Below are positions 1-4,108 of a stretch of DNA of 5,630 nucleotides, piece after piece. A program made the translations under genes and the position numbers. The notes beneath the pieces were generated by a model. It did no database searches and was not told the DNA's origin. It saw only the letters and a program-made list of their open reading frames with translations. The stretch lies in the IMG/VR virus record IMGVR_UViG_3300045988_012546; one strand, given 5' to 3'. Numbering within the stretch: the stretch's first letter is position 1; every line of letters begins with the position of its first letter. Source of the DNA: a virus.

Positions 1-55
1 TACTTGCACTCCCGATTGTTCCCTGCGCTCCGCTTGGAGTGCTTGCGCCGCCTTG
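1..55. repeat. Left copy of the exact 55-nt direct terminal repeat (identical to 5576-5630); circular-contig overlap
   Basis: The string tacttgcactcccgattgttccctgcgctccgcttggagtgcttgcgccgccttg occurs at both window ends. The minus-strand reading frame is continuous across the junction. Confidence 0.98.
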
Positions 56-541
56 TGTGTATGCTAAGATAGGATTGATACCTGCTTTTCGCATATCTTC
101 GACGGCTCTTTGGTATGCTGTGTTACTCATTTGCTCTTGCCATGCTCTGTTTTTCGCGGCCTCTGCCGAGTTGTAGCTCATGGCTGTCTGCTGCTGGATG
201 TGATTGTATACGCCTTGTTGGATTGCTCCTAAGGTGTTGTATCCCATCTGCATAAGCATCGAATTGCGATTGTATTTTTGCTGGTTGGCCATACTGCCTT
301 GGCTTAGCTGGTTTGCAAGTGCTGCAATGCTTTGGTTCATGGCGTCATTTGAGCCGCTGTTGCTAAAACTTGCGCTGTCGCTTGAGCCTTGCGACCAGCT
401 CGACCCGCTGCTTTGACTATTTGCTTGTCCTTGCTGTCCGTAGCTCGAACTTGTTCCAAATAGTTTATTTGCTGCGGCTCCTATTAAGCTTGGCACTGCT
501 GCTTTGAGGAGCCCCATCCCGAATGTTGCTAATAATCCCAT
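1..541 (-). CDS. VP2: VP2 minor capsid / DNA pilot protein, N-terminal 180 codons; the gene continues across the circular junction into 5575..5238, 292 aa in total
   Basis: ATG at 541..539. I checked every minus-frame triplet from 541 to 2 and found no stop. Translation begins [29 protein letters not shown] (hydrophobic N-terminus), then an S/G/Q-rich tract, then [26 protein letters not shown], which matches the conserved gokushovirus VP2 motif. It is in frame with the 112-aa ORF at 5238..5576. The ORF track missed this part because it runs off the window edge. Confidence 0.9.
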   Translation of the reverse strand, partial: MGLLATFGMGLLKAAVPSLIGAAANKLFGTSSSYGQQGQANSQSSGSSWSQGSSDSASFSNSGSNDAMNQSIAALANQLSQGSMANQQKYNRNSMLMQMGYNTLGAIQQGVYNHIQQQTAMSYNSAEAAKNRAWQEQMSNTAYQRAVEDMRKAGINPILAYTQGGASTPSGAQGTIGSAS

Positions 542-549
542 AAAAATAT

Positions 550-570
550 GCCCGGGGTATTGCCCCGGGC
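550..570 (-). terminator. GC hairpin in the 45-nt VP1-VP2 spacer; possible partial terminator/attenuator or mRNA-structure element
   Basis: gcccgggg (550-557) pairs with ccccgggc (563-570), an 8-bp all-G/C stem with a 5-nt loop. On the minus strand it is followed by ATATTTTT and then the VP2 ATG. An SD-like AAAGGGGGAA (580..571) lies just upstream of the stem. Confidence 0.5.
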
Positions 571-586
571 TTCCCCCTTTCCCGCT

Positions 587-2284
587 TTAGTGATGATCCA
601 CGAGACCCGGAATACTGTACATGGGCATAGGTCTGACCGATGTGTTGTCGATGATCGTATCCATGATAAATTGAGGCTCGTTGTCCACTGCGAGAGTTCT
701 CTGGATTTCTGAGTCGCCTTCTTTCATCCATGCTTGACTCAGGCTTGGCGTTTCTTTATAGTCGTCGCCGTAGTGCCAACTATCCAGCGTTCCCGTTGCG
801 TTGCTGCGGAATTTTCCACAGATTCGGTTTGGTTTCATCCGGTATTCTGCCCATGCCTCTTGATACCCAAATGCCTGTTCGTCCGTTGCGGTTCCGGTGA
901 GATACAGCTCTTTTTTGAGGATGGCTTGTTCCCCCAGATTTGCAAAGACAGGGTAATAGAAATCCAGATTGGTTTTACGGCTCCACATCCGTTCGAGTCC
1001 CTGCTGGTAGGTATGATCATGCCGGATGCAGCATACTCCAATAACATATCCGTGCTCTTCGAAGCTCTTAGTGAACATACTGCCGTTGTACGGTGTGACG
1101 GACACTGCTGCCGTGTTACCCTGCGGACTATCAGTCGTTGTGCCGCTGGTCTGGATGACCTGACTCATGTTGATGGTGATGCGCGTACCGCCCAAATACT
1201 CCGGGATTTGTACCGTTTTATCGCTGATTTTCGTGTGAAACAGCGAATAAATCATCTCGCGGTATCGGCTGCCGCCTCGTGCGAGTTCTTCGTAGTACTT
1301 TTGTACCTGAAACGCCTGTCGCAGCTGGTTGATGGTTGTTGCATTTACCTGGCTCATGTCCGTGTATAGGTTCATGCTTTCGTATGCGTATGTGCCACCG
1401 TCGTCAATTTTGTAGGCGTTAATTTCTAACCGTCCGTCGTCGGTGTTCTCTATCGTCGAATTTTGTCCGATATGCGACACAAAATTTAACTTTCCCGGCG
1501 TTTTTGTGTCACTATTGTACTCATATCCATATACTGGTGCTTTCCCGCCGAGCGGAATGTTTACTGAATCTCCCGATCTCTGCGGACTTGGCAGTGCGCT
1601 CGTGAAATAGTCGTGGAATTTGTTAACGGGCAGCGGTCTGCCGCCTTTGTATGCTTGCTGTAATGTTGTCTCTAGGTCTTCTTTTTTTTCTTTTTCCTGG
1701 TCGCTGTATCTTACAGTTTCGTCTCCTGTTGTGTTTATTGCTGGATTATCTACGTTTTGATCTCTGAACCACTCGTTCCAGATTTTAACATATGCTCTGA
1801 CGGGCAGTGCGTTGATGCTGAAACTGGCTTCTCCACTGTTTGGTTTTTTTATTACCTTTGTGGGAATTCCCATGTAGTCCAGAATGCTTCCTTCGTATGG
1901 CGCTGGTTCATCCGATGAGGTTGCACTTGTGTCTTTTTTTACGATTAGCTGTGGAATATTGTATTCTACTTGCTGTACCCATGGTTTGTCTGTTACTTCG
2001 CCCATAAATTCTTTCCAGTGATCCCAGATAATTCTATTGGGTACGAAAAAGTAATAGATGTCCATGTAGCAGTTATCCATGACCGGAAAGATAGGCGTTG
2101 TCATGCGGATGATTGCCGCTTCGTCAATGCTGAAAGTGTCGCCCGGTAACACTTCATCAACGTAAAACGGGATAAGTTTCCCCGCGTTCATTGTTAGCTT
2201 GACGTCTTGCCGTCTTTTAAAGCGGCTTCTCGTGATGTCCAGCCTCGGAACTTGGTTAAATCCTGCGTCTTTGTTTCTGTTCAT
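587..2284 (-). CDS. VP1: VP1 major capsid protein (Microviridae F-like jelly-roll capsid, gokushovirus type), 565 aa
   Basis: The N-terminus FNQVPRLDITRSRFKRRQDVKLTMNAGKLIPFYVDEVLPGDTF and later PVRAYVKIWNEWFRDQN are hallmark gokushovirus VP1 blocks. ATG at 2284 is preceded by GGAGGT and overlaps the VP3 stop (ATGA). Confidence 0.97.
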   Translation of the reverse strand: MNRNKDAGFNQVPRLDITRSRFKRRQDVKLTMNAGKLIPFYVDEVLPGDTFSIDEAAIIRMTTPIFPVMDNCYMDIYYFFVPNRIIWDHWKEFMGEVTDKPWVQQVEYNIPQLIVKKDTSATSSDEPAPYEGSILDYMGIPTKVIKKPNSGEASFSINALPVRAYVKIWNEWFRDQNVDNPAINTTGDETVRYSDQEKEKKEDLETTLQQAYKGGRPLPVNKFHDYFTSALPSPQRSGDSVNIPLGGKAPVYGYEYNSDTKTPGKLNFVSHIGQNSTIENTDDGRLEINAYKIDDGGTYAYESMNLYTDMSQVNATTINQLRQAFQVQKYYEELARGGSRYREMIYSLFHTKISDKTVQIPEYLGGTRITINMSQVIQTSGTTTDSPQGNTAAVSVTPYNGSMFTKSFEEHGYVIGVCCIRHDHTYQQGLERMWSRKTNLDFYYPVFANLGEQAILKKELYLTGTATDEQAFGYQEAWAEYRMKPNRICGKFRSNATGTLDSWHYGDDYKETPSLSQAWMKEGDSEIQRTLAVDNEPQFIMDTIIDNTSVRPMPMYSIPGLVDHH

Positions 2285-2775
2285 TGTTTAACCTCCGCTG
2301 CTTCTGTTACCTCGGTTACTTTGGCTTCGGTCTGTTTTTCTTTGTAGATACCCAGATTTTTCGCCCATTCGACTGTGCCAAACGATGCAACAAATTTATC
2401 GACATCGTTGTCGAACTTGAGTTTGATTTCTCTCGGTACTTCGTCCCAGATTTGCTCTGCTCGAATCATGATGTTTTGGAGTTCGGCTAGCGTTTTCGGC
2501 ATTTGGGTATAATCTTGGATGCCGCCGCCTAGTTCCGGTGCGATGCGCGTTGCGATGTTCGGGTCTATGGATGCTCGCCGGATAATGTTTTCAATTTTGG
2601 TTTCTTCCAGATAGCTGTCGATTTCCGCCTGTTGGTCAATGACCTGGTCGAGCCTCAGTACTCTTTCGCCTTTTTCGTTGAGCTCCCAGAGGTACGTGCG
2701 TCTTACGCTTTCTCCGGCTTCGGTTGGCTTTGCTGTTGCGGTCTCTCGAAAGTTACTTACTGAGCGATATGCCAT
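2281..2775 (-). CDS. VP3: VP3 internal scaffolding protein, 164 aa from ATG 2775
   Basis: MAYRSVSNF...DYTQMPKTLAELQNIMIRAEQIWDEVPREIKLKFDNDVDKFVASF matches the conserved VP3 C-terminal pattern. AAGGAGA lies 9 nt upstream of ATG 2775. The ORF-track start at 2832 is a TTG with no SD. Confidence 0.87.
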   Translation of the reverse strand: MAYRSVSNFRETATAKPTEAGESVRRTYLWELNEKGERVLRLDQVIDQQAEIDSYLEETKIENIIRRASIDPNIATRIAPELGGGIQDYTQMPKTLAELQNIMIRAEQIWDEVPREIKLKFDNDVDKFVASFGTVEWAKNLGIYKEKQTEAKVTEVTEAAEVKQ

Positions 2776-2995
2776 CGTAAATATTCTCCTTTGCTTCTTC
2801 AAACAGTCCGGTTTTTTCGTCGAATCTTGCAAGTCGTACCAGTCTGTAATCGCTTGGTGTCTTATTCATGATGTTGTGCTCGTCAGTCAGCGCAATTTTA
2901 AAATTGCGCTCGGCGACTTTGTCATCTCTTTCGGTAAAGATCGTGATGTAGCCCATCACACAGTTGTCGTAGATTCCGTATACATTAGTGCTCAC
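2753..2995 (-). CDS. VP5: VP5-like small non-structural protein (gokushovirus ORF5 family, tentative), 80 aa
   Basis: GTG start at 2995 with GAGGAGGT 8 nt upstream. It overlaps the upstream stop as GTGA. The pattern VYGIYD...ERNFKIAL...NKTPSDYRLVRLARFDEKTGLF resembles the ORF5/VP5 pattern (PEDY-x-L-x-x-IG-x-FD-x-x-TG), and its position just before VP3 fits. The family call is from memory of the motif, not a search. Confidence 0.68.
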   Translation of the reverse strand: MSTNVYGIYDNCVMGYITIFTERDDKVAERNFKIALTDEHNIMNKTPSDYRLVRLARFDEKTGLFEEAKENIYDGISLSK

Positions 2996-3111
2996 AGTCG
3001 GATACCTCCTCGCATTGCGCCGTTCCCCAGATTAATAGCTTTGGTCTTTCGTGCGGTCTTGTTGTAGATTTTTGTGTCTTTGGATTTGCGGACTTTATTC
3101 CTCTTTCCCAT
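2992..3111 (-). CDS. ORF8: Small basic DNA-binding/packaging protein (ORF8 / phiX174 J-like), 39 aa; absent from the ORF track
   Basis: Hand translation from ATG 3111 gives MGKRNKVRKSKDTKIYNKTARKTKAINLGNGAMRGGIRL, with stop at 2994..2992. About one third of residues are K/R. The C-terminal MRGGIRL matches the conserved end of gokushovirus ORF8 proteins. AAGGGA lies 8 nt upstream. Confidence 0.8.
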   Translation of the reverse strand: MGKRNKVRKSKDTKIYNKTARKTKAINLGNGAMRGGIRL

Positions 3112-3322
3112 GGTTGATTTCCCTTCTGAGCAGTTCTACTTCGATTTCTGTTGCTTTTGCCTTTTTGCGGTATGCCACGTCAAGGTAAAATTTTGCGTCG
3201 TCGATGTTTGCGGCCTGTCGTAGCAGTTTGTACGCGTTGTCGATTTCCTTGTAGGTTCGTGTCAGTTCCTTCATTAGGTTCGTATCGGTCTGGTCTCGTA
3301 CGTTCCATACTTTTCCTTCCAT
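3095..3322 (-). CDS. Hypothetical 75-aa helical, charged protein (accessory, no recognised family)
   Basis: ATG 3322 has AAGGAG 6 nt upstream. It is co-oriented with the operon and overlaps the ORF8-like start by 17 nt. The sequence is rich in K/E/L/A, consistent with helices or a coiled coil. Confidence 0.7.
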   Translation of the reverse strand: MEGKVWNVRDQTDTNLMKELTRTYKEIDNAYKLLRQAANIDDAKFYLDVAYRKKAKATEIEVELLRREINHGKEE

Positions 3323-3325
3323 GGC

Positions 3326-3430
3326 TTACTCCTTGGGCTTGTTGCCCTCTACTGCGTGGTAAATCTTATCCAACATGGCTAAGATTTTGCGGATGTTGTT
3401 AAACAGCGCGTCAATTTCTTTGAGAGTCAG
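3326..3430 (-). CDS. Possible 34-codon ORF initiated at CTG (LTLKEIDALFNNIRKILAMLDKIYHAVEGNKPKE); speculative
   Basis: The strongest SD in the genome, TAGGAGGTG (3446..3438), is followed 9 nt after GGAGG by CTG 3430. This is the only downstream frame that stays open. Its TAA (3328..3326) lies 3 nt before the next ATG. No ATG, GTG or TTG option gives more than 9 codons. Confidence 0.25.
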   Translation of the reverse strand: MTLKEIDALFNNIRKILAMLDKIYHAVEGNKPKE

Positions 3431-3515
3431 AGCAAAACACCTCCTAAAAAATTATTTTGTATAAATGGTTTTTCAGCGGAACACTTTTGTGCTGTTCAAC
3501 TGTCTTTTTTATATC

Positions 3516-3545
3516 AAAAAAAAGAGGGTTCGTCAAGCCCTCTTT
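3516..3545 (-). terminator. Rho-independent terminator or attenuator after the Cys-rich ORF
   Basis: The minus strand reads AAAGAGGG-CTTGACGAA-CCCTCTTT followed by more T (eight consecutive T in total, complement of A 3516-3523). It starts 4 nt after the TAA at 3552..3550. Confidence 0.8.
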
Positions 3546-3549
3546 GAAA

Positions 3550-3717
3550 TTATTCTCTTCTTCGACTCAGCTCCTTTTTTACTTCGTCGTGGATGTAGCC
3601 ACAGTGGTAGCTTACATCGTGACACGGGCATTTTTCGCAATCGCCTCTGCAGCTTGCCCATTTGTAGTTCATCCACTTCAAGGTTTCGGTGTCAAGTTCC
3701 TTAAATATGTTTTTCAT
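3550..3717 (-). CDS. Small Cys/His-rich protein, 55 aa (putative metal-binding; function unknown)
   Basis: MKNIFKELDTETLKWMNYKWASCRGDCEKCPCHDVSYHCGYIHDEVKKELSRRRE. ATG 3717 follows AAAGGGGA and lies about 22 nt downstream of the predicted transcription start of the promoter at 3746-3774. The Cys/His cluster is C-x3-C-x2-C-x-C-H-x4-H-C-x3-H. A terminator follows directly. Confidence 0.7.
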   Translation of the reverse strand: MKNIFKELDTETLKWMNYKWASCRGDCEKCPCHDVSYHCGYIHDEVKKELSRRRE

Positions 3718-3745
3718 GGTCTTTTTATCCCCTTTCTTTGATTGG

Positions 3746-3774
3746 ATTATCCCACAACTTTGTCTTTTTGTCAA
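3746..3774 (-). promoter_or_regulatory. Near-consensus sigma70-type promoter, probably the main promoter of the phage operon
   Basis: The minus strand reads TTGACA (3774..3769), a 17-nt spacer, then TGgGATAAT (extended -10; hexamer 3751..3746). Upstream is the A-rich CAAAAAAGTTTCAAAAAACTA, which resembles an UP element. Confidence 0.72.
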
Positions 3775-3799
3775 TAGTTTTTTGAAACTTTTTTGATAG

Positions 3800-3839
3800 G
3801 TCATGCGGTAGGCGCGGTGCGCCGTGCGAAGAGCATGAC
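3800..3839. other. Nested GC-rich inverted repeat (hairpin in ssDNA, cruciform in the replicative form)
   Basis: Outer stem gtcatgc (3800-3806) pairs with gcatgac (3833-3839). Inner stem ggcgc (3811-3815) pairs with gcgcc (3819-3823) around the loop ggt. Confidence 0.6.
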
Positions 3840-3882
3840 GCAACTTTTCGGTTTCGCTCGCCGGACGGCCTTTATTTGCTTT

Positions 3883-3909
3883 TTTCAACACTTTCAACAC
3901 TTTCAACAG
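3883..3909 (+). repeat. Three tandem 9-bp repeats TTTCAACAC / TTTCAACAC / TTTCAACAG
   Basis: Read directly at 3883-3891, 3892-3900 and 3901-3909. The same TCAACA core recurs in the same orientation, with the extended words lying at 3957-3964, 3966-3972, 3989-3995 and 4050-4058. Confidence 0.9.
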
Positions 3910-3910
3910 G

Positions 3911-3919
3911 TTTTCCACA
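3911..3919 (+). promoter_or_regulatory. DnaA-box-like motif TTTTCCACA (fits TTWTNCACA)
   Basis: It directly follows the tandem repeats. Its CACAAAA part (3916-3922) can pair with TTTTGTG (3937-3943), as an alternative to the 3926-3945 hairpin. Confidence 0.3.
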
Positions 3920-3925
3920 AAATGT

Positions 3926-3945
3926 TGCACAAAGGTTTTTGTGCA
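3926..3945. other. Short hairpin tgcacaaa-ggtt-tttgtgca
   Basis: 8-bp perfect inverted repeat with a 4-nt loop, lying between the two DnaA-box motifs. One stem of this size is roughly what chance predicts for a genome this long. Confidence 0.45.
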
Positions 3946-3966
3946 TATTGCTACACTTTCAACAAT

Positions 3967-4050
3967 TCAACAAGTTATCCACAAAAGTATCAACATTAAA
4001 ATTAGCCAAAAAATATCGTTCCAAGGATAAGAATTCATAGTATTTAACAT
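3967..4050 (-). CDS. Candidate 27-aa hydrophobic peptide MLNTMNSYPWNDIFWLILMLILLWITC (speculative membrane-active peptide)
   Basis: Hand translation: ATG 4050..4048 with GGGAG (4062..4058) 7 nt upstream, TGA at 3969..3967. Residues 13-26 are uniformly hydrophobic or aromatic. It is below the ORF-track size cutoff. Confidence 0.3.
   Translation of the reverse strand: MLNTMNSYPWNDIFWLILMLILLWITC
3975..3983 (+). promoter_or_regulatory. Perfect DnaA-box consensus TTATCCACA
   Basis: Exact 9-mer match. It lies in a repeated context (CACTTTCAACA...TT[T/A]TCCACAAAA) shared with the 3911 motif, 64 nt away in the same orientation. Confidence 0.35.
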
Positions 4051-4061
4051 TTCAACACTCC

Positions 4062-4108
4062 CTACTACTACGACTACAACAAATTAATAATAAAATAATA
4101 ATAATACA
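4062..4108. repeat. Simple-sequence tract: (CTA)-type triplets (ctactactacgactac) followed by an (AAT)n AT-only stretch
   Basis: cctactactacgactacaac is followed by aaattaataataaaataataataata, about 30 nt that are almost purely A/T. Confidence 0.85.

Noticed and set aside
587-589. VP1 and VP2 are in the same reading frame, separated by one TAA and 15 sense codons, which would allow a read-through VP1-VP2 fusion.
   Set aside because: Sharing a frame has a one-in-three prior. TAA is the least leaky stop codon. No read-through-promoting context is evident, and the intervening codons are occupied by a stable hairpin.
465-731. 88-aa Arg-rich minus-strand ORF overprinting the VP1 C-terminus, the intergenic hairpin and the VP2 N-terminus. 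A similar 70-aa nested ORF lies at 835-1047.
   Set aside because: No SD precedes either start. The ORF at 465-731 would have to read through a non-coding hairpin. Overprinted genes do occur in microviruses (phiX174 E and K), but nothing in the sequence supports these beyond an open frame. Conservation analysis would be needed.
734-1369. 211-aa plus-strand ORF, together with the other plus-strand ORFs in the track: 204-416, 2284-2490, 2639-3067, 3151-3402, 3457-3741, 3465-3704, 3793-3999, 4186-4404, 4341-4538, 4619-4816, 4981-5199, 5165-5362 and 5227-5484.
   Set aside because: All of them lie antisense to confidently identified minus-strand genes, or inside the repeat region. Microviridae express genes from one strand only. 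Their Cys/Leu/Phe-rich, low-complexity translations are typical shadow ORFs. I saw no SD motifs or promoters for them. The hydrophobic look of 204-416, 3457-3741 and 5227-5484 is what the complement of polar-rich coding sequence produces.
2776-2832. TTG-initiated 19-codon extension of VP3 (ORF-track start at 2832).
   Set aside because: The start is TTG with no SD. The internal ATG 2775 has AAGGAGA at good spacing and gives an N-terminus (MAYRS...) typical of VP3. The extension would also lie entirely within the VP5-like gene.
3361-3387. 8-bp AT-rich inverted repeat, aaatctta (3361-3368) pairing with taagattt (3380-3387).
   Set aside because: About one perfect 8-bp stem with a short loop is expected by chance in a genome of this size. 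The stem is weak (A/T-rich), has no T-tract and lies inside probable coding sequence.
3718-3930. N-terminal extension that turns the Cys-rich ORF into a 126-aa protein starting at GTG 3930.
   Set aside because: The extension has no SD. It would be translated through the tandem TTTCAACAC repeats (giving LLKVLKVLKK), the GC hairpin and a near-consensus promoter. That promoter is positioned to start transcription just upstream of ATG 3717, which favours the 55-aa form.
3988-3998. The 11-mer TATCAACATTA is shared between the control region (3988-3998) and the VP4 gene (5088-5098).
   Set aside because: Several coincidental 11-mer repeats are expected among all position pairs in 5.6 kb. There is no surrounding similarity.
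4043-4051. ATTTAACAT on the plus strand, which is ATGTTAAAT on the minus strand. This matches 9 of 11 positions of the XerD-binding arm of dif (TTATGTTAAAT) and would hint at XerCD-mediated integration, as reported for some gokushovirus prophages.
   Set aside because: Only a half-site is present. The 11 nt where the XerC arm should lie match GGTGCGCATAA at about 3 of 11 positions. A second dif-like alignment around GTGCGCA (4133-4160) matches only about 7/11 and 6/11. The motif also coincides with the start of the 27-codon mini-ORF. This is worth a proper profile search against host dif sites, but it is not supportable by eye.
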